NCBI GenBank assembly: GCA_010356995.1
Contig: ML996704.1
Location: 558,001 to 622,000, forward strand
Length of the DNA stretch: 64,000 bases
Origin: Trichodelitschia bisporula
Lineage: Eukaryota
Direction of reading: 5' to 3'
This document shows positions 47,745 to 60,758 of this stretch, piece after piece. A program made the translations under genes and the position numbers. The notes under the pieces are model-generated. The model saw only the letters and a program-made list of their open reading frames with translations. It did not search any database and was not told where the DNA came from. Numbering within the stretch: position 1 is the stretch's first letter; each line of letters begins with the position of its first letter.

Positions 47745-48197
47745 TCAAGCAGCACGGTGCAGAAAATCGGCCGCATTAAGACCCATGTTTTGGAAATCCT
47801 CATCCAGACGCAACTGCCACAACGCCCTGATTCCGATGTCGTCCAGAGTAGGGATAAGCCGAGGTTGGCGAAAGGCCAGTGTGCGATATAGCCCCAGCGC
47901 CATGCCCATCCAGGACTCCCGAGGAACATCGGTGAGGATGTCTAGGATCACTTCATTGGGAGCGCCATGGAAAGGGTCGGACGCCGCCGGAGTAGACGCC
48001 ATGATCTCGGTGATTAGATGCCACGAGGGCGTGGGAAAGTAGCCCGGAATCCGACGTGAGAATTCGAGGTAGTAGGCGAATCCTAGGCTCACGTAGTCCC
48101 ACCATTCCAGTCGTTCCATGATATCGAGGAGGATTTCGTTTGGGAGGATCCAGAGAATCTCAGCTCCGAGTCTGGTGGTTGTGTAGTTGCTTGACAT
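47745..48197 (-). CDS. 150-aa protein made of two F-box-like repeats
   Basis: 'LWILPNEILLDIMERL...YVSLGFAYY' and 'FHGAPNEVILDILTDV...WMGMALGLY'. Confidence 0.7.
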   Translation of the reverse strand: MSSNYTTTRLGAEILWILPNEILLDIMERLEWWDYVSLGFAYYLEFSRRIPGYFPTPSWHLITEIMASTPAASDPFHGAPNEVILDILTDVPRESWMGMALGLYRTLAFRQPRLIPTLDDIGIRALWQLRLDEDFQNMGLNAADFLHRAA

Positions 48198-48292
48198 GAT
48201 TGCGCTTCTGGTCCTTTGCTGGGTTGACGAAGAGGGAGAAGCAGATTATGCACACTATGCCGAATACCTACAAAGAGGTTTATTCGACGCGC

Positions 48293-49149
48293 CTACTCGG
48301 CATGTACTTTGGCGAGTCGTGATTGCTGCGGATCACTAGCTCCAATACTTGACAGTCGGGTCCAGACGACACTTGCCAAGACCCAACTCCCAATGCCTAC
48401 CACGGTGATGAAGCCGGCAGTTGGGAGTAACGAGCTTGGAAAAATGTTGAGCAGGTAGGGGTCAAGAACTAGACAGGTTAGAATAAAGTCAGTGCGACAG
48501 AGAGGTTCAGCTTACTGAGATCAACGCCGACGAGTGGGGTATTGTTCATTAACGTTCGATTATTAGTAAAGAAGTCTGCTGAAGATTGTACTTGTAGGAA
48601 AAGTACTGCGCCGTCTTTGTTCTTGGTCCGCGTAATAGGATTTTCTGGGCATGAAGGGCTCAGTCGGCTTTCAGAGTAAGCAACAACGGTTGAAAGCAGT
48701 TCGGGCGTATCGAGAATATCATCAAGGGTAAAGGTGCGCAGGTAAAACTCCGTTGGTTGCTGGTCAAACGATTAGAGCAATCACGATGGTCGTTTACGGT
48801 AATATCAAACTGGGGACAGGGGGTGAACGGGCTGTAGCCCGTGATTACGTACAGTGGCAACCCAGCAGACTCGGAGTTCGTAGCGCTGGCCAGACCGAAG
48901 AGCATCTAACAAATACCACGAGGAGGCCCCGCGCGGCTGTGAGGACGTCGGAAATGCAACGGACAATGCCGTGTGCAGCGTAGACGCTTGAGGGGAAATG
49001 GCAGGCAGACACAAATCATCGATATCACGAGGTGACACGGGATTGGGGTAGATTTGGGGAGCGAGAAATATGGTCTTCTCAGTGTTGGCTGCTACGAGCA
49101 ATGCCAGAGCCAAGAAAGAAAGAAGTAGAGGACCAAATCGACTAGTCAT
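48293..49149 (-). CDS. PGA1: GPI mannosyltransferase II coactivator Pga1-like, two introns
   Basis: Signal peptide then 'ANTEKTIF', 'GQRYELRVCWVAT|QPTEF', 'SADFFT', 'LDPYLLNIFPSSLLPT' and a C-terminal TM segment; TAG at 48293-95. Confidence 0.8.
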
Positions 49150-49460
49150 GTTGTGATTCGCTGACGTATGCGAGAGGAGAGAAGAGTTGGGTCAAGCACG
49201 AGACATGCCTCGTCGTGAGGAGTGGTGGTGGTGGCCAGCAAGTGAAAGGTGGCGGGGGTTCGGAGGCGGAGGGTTAGAGGGGGGAATTCTATGGTGGCGC
49301 TAAGGTGGAAAGACAGAAGAGTTGGGGAATTGAAGCTTTTGTCCCATGTACGGTATCCTGCGACAAAGATGCAATGCGATTGAGACGACAATAAACAAAA
49401 GATGCGTGGTGTTGAAGTTGCTGCCTGCAAGACAAGATGGGGCAGTTTACTATAGTAAAG

Positions 49461-49505
49461 AGTGGAGTGGAGTGGAGTGGAGTGGAGTGGAGCGGAATGG
49501 AATGG
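49461..49505. repeat. Pentanucleotide microsatellite (AGTGG)6 + AGCGG(AATGG)2 in the PGA1/alpha-tubulin divergent promoter
   Basis: Read directly. Confidence 0.95.
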
Positions 49506-49892
49506 ACTCTCCGCTCCGCCTGTCAGGCGACAAGGGAAGGAAGACCAGGCAGCAATCGATTGGGAATGGCCCGTGCGGCAAGTTCGCTCACGCGCCAGCG
49601 GTTGCGGTTGGTGCATTTGGTGCTTGGGCGGCAGGGGTTGAGTGAGGAAACGCACCAACCACCGCCAGCAGACGCCCACTGGTTCCGCGCACTGCACGGG
49701 CCCTCTCCTTCCCTCACCGACAACAAAACATTGGCTTCTCGAAAGGAGACTCGGCAGAATCAACTCAACTTCCTCCATCCACCTCCAACCAGTTGTGTTC
49801 TCCACCTTGCTGTTCAACTCTCCACAATCCGCAAACCCCAGACTTTGATCAAGGACATCCTCAACCCCGCTTTTACTCCATCATCAGCAACT

Positions 49893-51592
49893 ATGAGAGA
49901 AGTCATCAGTCTCAACGGTACGTTTAGCCCTTAACGCCACCGAAACGCGCTTCAACCGCCCATGGTGGGGATGGCGAAATATGTGTACAATGGCTAATAT
50001 CGGTCTCTACAGTCGGCCAGGCTGGTTGCCAGATTGCCAACTCTTGCTGGGAGGTACGTTGACAGTGATTTTCATCACCGCTGCTGCGAACGAGTCTCTT
50101 CTCGCCGCCGGGGTTGGAGAAATGTGCTGCCTAGAACACATGCTAACACTCACCTTAGCTCTACTGCCTCGAGCACGGTATTCAGGTATGCTACAAACTA
50201 TCTGGTATTGGAATCACCAGCTAATAGAGTTTAGCCCGATGGTTACCTGACCGAGGAGCGCAAGGCCCAGGATGACGACCATGGCTTCAGCACCTTCTTC
50301 TCGGAGACCGGCAAGTCAAGCCACTTCAACGAATGTAAAGCATAACTAACAATATTCAGGCCAGGGCAAGTATGTGCCTCGTACCATCTACTGCGATCTC
50401 GAGCCGAACGTTGTCGATGAGGTCCGCACCGGTCCCTACCGTGGTCTCTTCCACCCCGAGCAGATGATCACTGGCAAGGAAGATGCGTCGAACAACTATG
50501 CCCGTGGCCACTACACCGTTGGCAAGGAGCTCATTGACCAGGTACTGGACAAGGTTCGCCGTGTTGCGGACAACTGCTCTGGTCTGCAGGGCTTCCTCGT
50601 CTTCCACTCCTTCGGTGGTGGTACCGGCTCTGGCTTCGGTGCTCTGCTGATGGAGCGTCTGTCCGTTGACTACGGCAAGAAGTGCAAGCTCGAGTTTTGC
50701 GTCTACCCTGCTCCGCAGGTCGCCACATCAGTGGTTGAGCCGTACAACTCCATCCTGACCACGCACACCACGCTGGAGCACTCCGACTGCAGCTTCATGG
50801 TCGACAATGAGGCCATATATGATATCTGCCGTCGCAACCTGGGCATCGAGCGTCCCAACTACGAGAACCTGAACCGCCTGATCGCTCAAGGTACGACTTC
50901 ACTCTTCAATTATTAACTTTGTTTTCTAACATTCTGCAGTGGTATCCTCCATCACTGCGTCGCTGCGCTTCGACGGGTCCCTGAACGTGGATCTCAATGA
51001 GTTCCAGACCAACCTCGTTCCGTATCCGCGTATCCACTTCCCGCTCGTGGCCTACGCTCCCGTCGTCTCAGCGGCCAAGGCTGCGCACGAAGCCAACTCG
51101 GTGCAGGAGATTTCCATGTCCTGCTTCGAGCCTAACAACCAGATGGTCAAGTGCGACCCGCGCAACGGCAAGTACATGGCTACGTGCCTGCTGTACCGTG
51201 GCGACGTGGTCCCCAAGGATGTGCACGCCGCCGTGGCCACCCTGAAGACCAAGCGCACGATCCAGTTCGTCGACTGGTGCCCGACCGGCTTCAAGATCGG
51301 CATCTGCTTCCAGCCTCCCCAGATGGTGCCGAACGGCGATCTGGCCAAGGTCAACCGCGCCGTCTGCATGCTGTCGAACACGACTGCAATCGCTGAGGCC
51401 TGGTCGGCGCTGTCCCACAAGTTCGATCTCATGTACTCGAAACGTGCCTTTGTTCACTGGTACGTCGGCGAGGGCATGGAGGAGGGCGAGTTCTCCGAGG
51501 CGCGTGAGGATCTGGCTGCGCTCGAGCGTGACTACGAGGAGGTTGCCGCCGACTCGATCGAGGGCGACGAGGGTGCTGAAGCCGAGTACTAG
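49893..51592 (+). CDS. tubA: Alpha-tubulin, five introns including a GC-AG intron at 50311-50359
   Basis: [22 protein letters not shown], '[15 protein letters not shown]', '[22 protein letters not shown]', C-terminal EAEY. Confidence 0.98.
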
Positions 51593-52197
51593 ATGCTCGC
51601 ATCGTTAATACTAGGTTGAATGCTCTCTGCTGCCTTTTTATAGCGTTGCCTGGAGACTGGTGTCAGTTTTGAGTGGGGTTGTTTGTTGGTGGAGGTTGTT
51701 AGGCTGTTATTGAAATCATAATATCCCAATCTCTACCCAGCTATTTCTGGGGGTTCTTTGCTTTTGGAGTGGTTATGATGATGTCTACCTCCGCTCAGCT
51801 GTTCTCGGAACCGGAGGTGCTGGCGGTGACGGATGACTACGAGTAGAGGCTTGTCCTGTTTGTATTGTTGTCGTGTCCTTGCCCCCGGAAGTTCAGCCAC
51901 ATATATTAGCACAGCCACCTGTGCCACATAATTGCCCCGCGCGGCTAAACCGAATTCGGTGAGTGGATGGCGTAGCACAGCCCCGCCCGTGACGAGTTTG
52001 ACTCGTCCCAGCTTTTGAACTGAAAGATCCGTTCCCAGCTCTCTTTTGTTAAAACATCTTCGCTCCTCCAGTATTTCACTACGACCCTTCCTCGATATTT
52101 GCCTGACTCCTTCTGACATCAACAATACGAAACCCCTCTTTCCTCCTTGCGCCCTCTCTCCCCCACCCCAGACTGGCCTGTTGCTCGCCAAAATATA

Positions 52198-53856
52198 ATG
52201 GCGTCTTCCGACGGCCCAAACGGTCCCGTGCCCAAGCTCCCTGCCGGGTGGATTGCTCAGTGGGACGACAGGTGAGAGATTTCCACAACATAAAGCCTAC
52301 TTTGCCACCCATTCCCCACCTTCCACCTTTTCCCTTGCCGTACTTGGACCAAGTCTTCTTGCTTCAACACGAAACAAACACACCCGCAACCCCGCACTTG
52401 AGAAATCCAGCCCCGCTTACGCTTCCTTCTACAGCTGCAACAAGTATTACTTCGTGCAAATCAGCACCGGCAACTCGACGTGGGATAAGCCTACGACAGC
52501 TGCCCCTGGAGCACCTACATCATCCTCTAGCACACCAGCACATCCTTCCGGTCCCTACCCCAATCCACCGACCAGTGCAATGGGTAACCAAGACTTTGAT
52601 GCCAAGGAGGGGACCCGTGGAGTCGGCGGAGAGCAGCATGGCGAAAGCCAAGATCGTGCTGGCGGACTGGGCGTATGTGCTCATCCTCCTGATGGGGTTT
52701 GAAAATGGAAGCTAACTCTGTTCGACAGGGCTTCGCAGTGAACGCTCTCCTCGGCAACCAAGGCAAGCAATCCCATGGCAGCGGCGCAGGCGGCATTGCT
52801 GGCCAGCTTGTGTCCAGTCTGCTGGGTGGGGGCAAGCAGTCTTCCAGCAGCGGTCACAGCAGCGGTGGCGGTGGTATTGCTGGACAACTTGCATCAAGCC
52901 TTCTCGGTGGCGGCAAGCCCCAGAAGCAGTCCGGCAGCTCTACGTCTCCCTCCGGCTCATCTGGCTCCCACGGCGCCGCCGGTGGTCTTGGCGGGCTCGT
53001 GGGTGGCTTCCTCGGTGGCCATCACGGTCAGCAGCAGTCGGGCCAGAATTACGGCTATTCCTCAAGCGGGTCTTCTGGCACGTATACAGGCACTGCCCCT
53101 CCAGCACAATACCAGCCCTCTGGACAACAGAGCTCAGGCCAGCATAGTTCTTCGGGGCCGGGTTACAGCAGCACGGCCTCTCACGGCTCTTCGGGATCGG
53201 GCTACGGTGGTACGCCTTCTCAGAGCCAGTACGGCTCCCAGCCGCCTCACCAGCAGGGCTCTACCCAGAGCCACGCTCCCAGCTCGAACCCTCCCTACTC
53301 CTCAGGCCAGTACTCGCAAGGCAGTCCGGCGCCGTATAACCCGCAAGGCCAGCAAAATTACGGACAGCAGTCCAACTCTCCTTACCCTGGCCAGCATTCG
53401 CAGCCGCAGTCATACGGCGGTGCTCCTCCCTCGCCATATGGCTCCCAGGGACCTCATGGCAGCCACGACCAGCACGGCGGTCCCGGTGGCTACGGCCAGC
53501 AGAGCGGCCACCAGGGCGGCTACGGTGGCCAGCAGGACCCTGGATCATACGGACCTCCACCCGGGCAGGGGACGCCTGGTGGCTACGGTGGTCATCAAGG
53601 CGGGCCTCCCTCCCACGGCGGCCCGGGCGGCTATGGTGGCCAGCCGCCACACTCTAGTGGGGGCTACTCTGGCTCGGGTTACCCGACTAGCGGCGGGTCG
53701 GCGTCATATCCCCCGCCCCCTGCTGGTGGACCCTTCGGACCGCAGGGCGGTGGGCCCGGCGGGTATGGTCAGGGCCAGGGCCAGGGTCAAGGCGGACAGA
53801 GTGGCTATGGTCAGGGCGGATACGGTGGCCAGCCGTCGTCGCAGCCTGGGTGGTGA
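52198..53856 (+). CDS. WW-domain protein with G/Q/S/P/Y-rich low-complexity tail (Wwm1-like), two introns
   Basis: 'LPAGWIAQWDDS|CNKYYFVQISTGNSTWDKPT', 'DRAGGLG', then about 370 aa of GYG/QQ/PPP-rich sequence ending QPGW. Confidence 0.85.
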
Positions 53857-54199
53857 TTTGTGTAAACGCGCAATGTTTAGCGGGCGTGTACATCGGCTGG
53901 GGAGCGGGGTTTGCTTGATGACGGCTGATGGATTTGATACCTGGGATGGGATTTGTGGATGATTGATTCCAAGGATGGGAGTGCGATTAGATTTCATGAA
54001 TGCAGACGTGATGAGCAATCGATTGCAGACTGTATTCGATTTCTTATTATCCTCTGAAGTACGGTGGAGTGGAAAGATGGATGCATTGTTCGCCCCGCTG
54101 CCTCGATGCAAAAAAGAAAACACACTACCAAACCGTCTACACGTAGTTGCCTCTACGGCAATTCTCCGCTACAGCACACAGCCCGTACATGCCCTAGGT

Positions 54200-57100
54200 C
54201 TACTGCTTCACTCCTCCCATAGCCGCCATCAGCTTCGGGAAATTCTGCGCCGCAAAGCTCTCGGAGTAGAAGCTATGCGCCGCCGAATGCGCCTCGACCA
54301 GATTATGCGCCAACTCATGGCACAGCGTAACGTACCAGTAAGCTAGTGCATCGACCCGCGCCTCGCCACGTTCCCAAGACGCAGCATGTAGTGAATCCCA
54401 AAAGGCAAAGTTGAAGAATAAAGCACCGCCCTTGTTGAATGCGATGGTCGTTGCGCCCGGGTCGTGGAATATGTGCACTACGGAGCTGTTCACGTTCATC
54501 ATCCGCGCGAGTGAGAGGATTACGTCTGCGAAGGCGCGCAAGCGAGTGCTGTGTGCCGCCAACCATGCCGCGCGGTCGCGCCCCCCCTCGCCGACGTACA
54601 CGCGCACGCCCTGCGCCGTGTTGCCGGCCAGGTGGATATGTGCCGCGGGACTGGCGTCGCAATACCCGCCCTTGACCACCTCTGGCACTTCCGGGTCCTT
54701 CATCGGCGCTGAATTGAGCGTCGCCGTGCTGTGCGGCTTGCACGCGGAAACGGCGCGCGAGAACGAGGCGGAGATGTCGGTGGTGGAGGTGGGGGGCGCG
54801 GGGGTGGAAGGCCGGCTGGTGGAAGGGGGCCGGTTAAAGAGGTTAGTTACGGTGTCGGACCAACCTGACAGCATCTTTGAGGACGGTTTGCGCTTGCTCG
54901 GCTCGCGGGGCGGGGAGTCGAAGCTGCCGGGCATGTGGGCCACGGTGTCGCCGGGTGAGTCCGGGCTCTCGGGCTGGGGCTTTTCGGGGCGCGAGGGAGT
55001 GGGAGGGAGGGATTTGTTGGGCTGGGTGGGGGTTCCGACGGGTGTTCGGCTGGGTTCTTGCTCGGCGGCGCGGCGGCGGGATTCGTCGGCGGCTTGTAGT
55101 TTGGCCCGTTCTTCGTGGGCGATGCGCGTCTCGATGGCCTTGAGCCGGAGGATGCGGTCGACGTTGTACCCTTTGTTGCGGAGGCGGAGGAGATCAGTGG
55201 CAAGCACCGTTTCGAGGGCCAGGGTATCGTGCTGCTTCGGACGCTTGAGGAGCAGGCTAGAAATGCATTGGCTGATTTGGTAGAGATCGTAATCGGGGAT
55301 TACGCAGAGAGTGTGCGAGCTCTTCGTTGTCTTGACCATGGTTGCGGAGCGGCGCTCGCGCATCGGACGCACGGGATAGCCGCGCAGGGAGTAGCTGATG
55401 TTGACGGAGGAAACCATGGTTATGACGAGGAACTTGTCCAGCCATTTGGGGTCAACGCGCTGGTCGCGCGGGTATTCGTGCAGGAAGACGCGGGCACGTT
55501 CAGCGATGAGCTTGTACAGCTTCGGCGCTTCGCTCTGGTCGCGCAGTTCGTGGCCGAGGCGGCGGTCTTCCATGACGAGGGACGACAGCTTAGGAACGCC
55601 GAGGTCGGCGTAGAACCGCTCGAGTATGTCATTTTGCGGTGCGACGTGGAGGTACTCGCGGAACATCATATATGCCCGAATTTCGTCCTCGATAACGACC
55701 TCAGTGGCCTTTCTCAGCGAGTACTGTCGGACGACGTCATCCTCCTCCACCTCTAGCTCCTCACTGTCATACTCTTCACTCTGCTTCCTCGATGACGATG
55801 TCAGTTCCTGGTAGCTCAAGAGACAGGGCGAAGAACGGAGAGCATTCCATAAGGTTTTGTCTTTGGAAAGGATATCGGAGTTTTCAGCAATCTTTTTGAG
55901 CAGCTCCAGATACCGGTCTTCTTGAATCATGTTGAGAATCCTAGAGGGATTTTCCGCGACCATGCGAGCTAGCTCGCTGCTGTTCGGCTCAAATTTGCCC
56001 CCGATCTTAAGGAGGAACGCATTGGCCGAGTCACCGAAATTGACAAAGTCGAAAATGTCCCCGTACTGACGCGAGTCACCTAAGAAGCACATCTTCGGTG
56101 AGATCATGCGCGTCCCAGAGCCGTCCTTCTGGCTTGTTTTTGGCACAATAAAAGCTGAACCGAGAGCCTCAACAAGCTTATTGTCAAGTTCACTTAAGCG
56201 CGTTGCAAAGTATTTGAACTTTGCTTGAGCCTCTTGAAAGCTGGTTGGAGGATCGAACATAAGTTTTTTGGCGCAAAGGTCGATTGGAGGATGGGGTGCA
56301 ACACCAAACTTGAGGGCGTGTGGTGTAAGAGCAGGGTCTATTAGCGGAAACCCCATGACAGCGGCACTGCGCTCAGAGTAGCATTCGCTCGGTGTCATGG
56401 CCACGGGAAAGGCCTTGCCTTCGACAGGCAAAATCGGCGAACTTCGGATGATCTTGATGTCGAACGCGCCATACCCATGTTCGTGGTGCATATCGATGTA
56501 ATACCCGAGGGCCATGTTGTACCTCCAAGAATCTCCCTCTTTTATGGCTTGCAGCATGATCTGAACGAGCTCTGGTACGGTTGGAAACGGCTTGAGTCCG
56601 AGGGACCTCAGAAACTTTCCTTCTGGGCTGTTCGAACGATAAAATCCTGGCCAGCGGAGTACGGGAAGTTTGAGGGTACGCAGAACGTCTACAGGCTCAA
56701 AGAGTTCTGAGACTTTGTAAAGCTTATCGGGTGTGGAAACTGAAGCGGCTCCGATATCTGCTGGACAGAAGGCTGTGTTCTTCAATCGCACCATATCCGA
56801 AGCTGGGATATCATCCCGCACGGAGACGAGGTAATGCATCAGGTCTGAGAAACTCCATTTTCGAGGCGACACGTTGCTAGAGTCTGGTCTTGATCCCATC
56901 AGCCTCTCAAACACAACCGTGATCTCTAGCGTTTTCCGAACACCCAAGGCGGAGAGAACATTGTCTTTCACGCCGCGGGGAAGTCCCGTTACCACAGGCA
57001 AATCATCGAAAAGCTTCACGGTTGGGAAGTACGCATCTGCCGGCCGACGCATGCCAATCTTCGTCGGCATGATTGTATGTAGCGCCAGCGTCTGCTCTGA

Positions 57101-59449
57101 GAGGATGGTCCGAGTCGTCTGGTTCATGTGGTCCCAGCATTTCGAGAGAACAAGGAGTGCTTGGCCAGCAAATTCCGCAGATTTCGTGATGTTGTGCTCG
57201 AGAGGCAACGTTGATTTCTGCGCACCAGCGATCAGGAAAGAAAACCAGGTGGCCACACTGAGCTCCTCCCAACCGAGCGCCTGGAGTTTCGCGTGCGGGA
57301 TATTCCGCGTGAACATGAAGGGAATCGTTGAGGGTGGCAGAGGCATGTTAGGAGGGACTCTCGACCCACTCAAGTATTCTTTGATGTCTCGTAGGACCAC
57401 AAGCCTCTGCTCTCCCGGTGCTGTAGAACCTGCCTTTGACGCTTCCTGATTGCTACTGATTGATGCGACAGCTGAGCCGAGCAGATCCTTGACGACGGAG
57501 CTACTGAGAGCATCCGGGGCAGCTTGATCACATGCCCATTTCAGGAAGTCTTGCAGTTGTGCTTCATTGAGCGGCGTCGATTCGAGCACCTCCTTAATGT
57601 CCGGCACCGTGATTTCGCCTATCAAGCGCCGCTGATAAAGTTTGGTGATGAATCCGGCACCCTCGCTATTCATCAGAGTTGGTGGAATGACTGCGATTTC
57701 CTTCAAAAAGCTCAGAGGAAGATCCACAACCCGAGTTTTCTTGCTTGAGCGTACGCCTTTGGTGGACAAGACATCAATTGTGTTTGTGACTGAGCAATCC
57801 CAGAACGCTTCTTCAATAAGCTTTCCGACTATGGATGAGGGGGTCGATTCCTTGGAAAAGAATTGTCGACATATGTGCGAAGCTTGATCCAGAATCTCCT
57901 TGTCTTCATCCGTAATTACATCACGCTTGGTGGTGGCGAATGACGCCCGGACGCGTTTGTTCAGGGCACTCATCTCTCCAGCATACGCAATACGGCATGC
58001 TATGCCGGCCACACGAAGCATCTCCGTATTCCAAGTTTTGACGTAGCGAGCATTCAGGTCAATACTCTCCCGTTCGACTGTAGGAATGACAGAGGGAGCT
58101 GAGATGTGACAGAGTAGGCCAGTGGTCTGAGCTGTGGGGAACCCAATAAAGATTCGTCCGTTTTTGCTCGGCAGCACGGAGTGGAAGAGCTCGGAAGCTT
58201 TGGACGCTGTGAGTCCAGAGAGCGTCGAGAGCGAGGCGGACGTTTCATCGTGCGACGCTGTCAATATCACGATGCGTGTGCTCTTTGGGGGAGGCTTCTT
58301 CGTGGCGCGCTCGAGCTCATGTGCGAAGGTTGAAGACACAGCCGCAAGTACGTTTACGGTGCTGATCCTCAGAAATACAGTGCCTCGTGATGTGGCTGAC
58401 AGAGCATCATAGACCTCTTGCTCCTGCTTCCGCTCCGCCTCCTTTGCGGCCTTTTTTGCAGGGGTGGGGGCCGCTGCAAAAGCCTTCAAGCGTGAAAATA
58501 CGGCTTTTATACCGGGAGTTGAGCTCTCATATTCTTCTGATGGCTGGCTTTGCGCAGCATTCTTTTGCAGGGACCAGCCGACCACATTCATCCACTCGGC
58601 ATCGATTTGAGTGCTCTGTTGAGTGACTTCTGATATCTTCATCATTGCCTCCTTAGTCGACAGCTTGATGTCTCTCGGGAGTGGGATATTGACACCAGGC
58701 GCGCTCTTCTTAGAAAGTGACATGATCTTCCAGTCGTCGATGTGCAGGTCGATATTCTCCAGAGAGACGAACGTCAAGCTGGTGCACAGAAATTGGCACA
58801 GTGAGGCGAGGTCAGGGACAGGCGAAGTAAGGCTGCGGTAGTTGAGCACGAAGCAGGTTTCCTGTCGCGCGTGCTGTGCTGGAAGAATGCCCGATTTCGT
58901 GAATAAGCTGTTGCCCTTCCATACAAAGGCCATAGTCTTGTCGCCGGAAATGACAAAAGGCTCCTCGCAATCAGCGAAGACACTGTAGAAACCGACGCCG
59001 AAAGCTCCGATTTTGGTCTCGTCGGGATTGCCCTCAGCAATACGCTTGAGACGCGTCCAGTCGCAGTCGTTGAAGACTTGGCCATCGTTGGAAACGGTTA
59101 GCCGGAATGTGGTGTGGTTGGTGAGCGTGTGCTGCAGGACATCGGACGGGTTTCCCGATGATGGTACTGGAATCGCTTTTGAAGGCAGTGTCTCAAATCT
59201 GATGACAACCTTTTTCGCCGCAGCGTCGGCTGCATTTTGAATGAGTTCCCGAAGAGTGGTCCAGTCGCTGGAGTACCGGGCCAGCACCTTGTCTATGAGG
59301 GCACGACTAGGATCTACGGTTAGACGGAGGAAGGGTTGACGCCGGTTTTGAGGTATTGCGACTCACGTGTTGACCGTCACGGCTTCCTCTTCCCCACTTG
59401 CACCTATGGCCTGATCGCGCAGTCGCGCGAGATCCGACCAACTCGACAT
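54200..59449 (-). CDS. Large uncharacterised sacsin-like GHKL ATPase / DUF3684 protein with C-terminal HExxH motif
   Basis: Exon 1 MSSWSD...EEEAVTVNT, then 'LRELIQNAADA', 'NDGQVF', 'IGAFGVGFYSVF', 'IFIGFPTAQTTG', and 'LCHELAHNLVEAH' near the C-terminus. Confidence 0.88.
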
Positions 59450-60758
59450 GGTGGGTGAAGTTGATCGACAGTCGTTAGACGGCGCGGGGTCCCAAAGAAT
59501 AAGGCTGGGTAGTAAATAGCGGGTGGTGATAGCGGTAGTGGTAACCCCGCGAACCCAGGAGACTTCTCCGTCCGGATTCAGTTACAAAGCCCACAGTATG
59601 GCTTGATGTGGCCTCGGTTCCACGGTGATCTATGTTTGGTGTGTTTTCATGCGATCCAGCGCTATGCAGAAATGGTGGCGGAGAAATGAACAGAACGATG
59701 ACAAGGAGGAGCTCGAAGTGACCAGAGGGAGCTATTCACCGGCAGAACGCGGCGGCTTCTTTATAAGAGATTAGGGAGGCGAAATGCTACGGAAGCTGAA
59801 GCGGAGTTAAGACCTGAAGGCAAGAGTCGAGGAAGGTGAGAGAGTATGGTAGGCACGCGTACCTGAGAGTGTGGCGAAGCACATCATTTGTAGGATGGGG
59901 CCAAGGCTATGAGTGTTTTGCGTCGTATATGGCCGGCGACGGGCCAACTAAGGCTTGTCCGGGCTTTGGCTGTACAGTAGGCTGCAGTGGGTTGTGTTGT
60001 AAAGGTTGCATGAACATGTATGTTGCGGACCTATGATCGCGGCCAGTGGACCGAGCTCCACACCGAAAGGTGACGTTGATCGGGACGGCCGCCACCTTCC
60101 CGCCCCGGTCTGTGGCGCTCTCACCGTTTCCAGCTGTGGCGTCCCGTCGTCGGCAAGACTGTGAACGCCGACTTCACCGACCACGGTCAAAGAGGCTTTT
60201 AAAGCGATCGCTACATCCGTACTGTTGTTCGATTCAACGTGCGGATATTGGTTAAGTAAGACTCCTTTCACACCCACTCCGAAGAAAGCATACATGTACA
60301 TCGCGTAACTTAAGTCTCATCAGGTAAGGCTGCAGGAAAACCTCGAGATTCGGGATCCGCTTGCAAGAACTCTTTTGTTCCGTCAGGCGGAATTTCCTAC
60401 ATCCCCAGATTCTGACAAAGGCTGGCGCTGAAGTACTGTGCAGCGCTAAGACTCTATTAAAGTTAGACGCGCGCTAAGCCTAAATGCCAGAGCCAAGCGC
60501 GCTTCACCCACACCCCTTGACCTCTGTGTCCTGCTGGTCGCCGAACATCAGTGTTAGGAGCCGACTTTGTGCTCCAAATCCCAATGCCATCAAAATCCCA
60601 GTCCGTTCCCGTTTTGCTTCGTGTGTCACACCACCTTCTCCTCCATCCATCATGGCTAACGGGCAAGCAGATAGTTTTGCGCGAGAGCTTGCAAAGGCGC
60701 AGGGCGCTGGTTGTGCGGTTCTCCACGCCGTCTATCCCCCCATGTTCACTTTCACAAC

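Noticed and set aside
52775..53962. 395-aa overlapping alternate-frame ORF
   Set aside because: By-product of the GC-rich low-complexity coding sequence of the WW protein.
59836..60301. 117-aa minus-strand ORF between the GHKL gene and TRS120
   Set aside because: No motif or codon signal; lies in a divergent promoter region.
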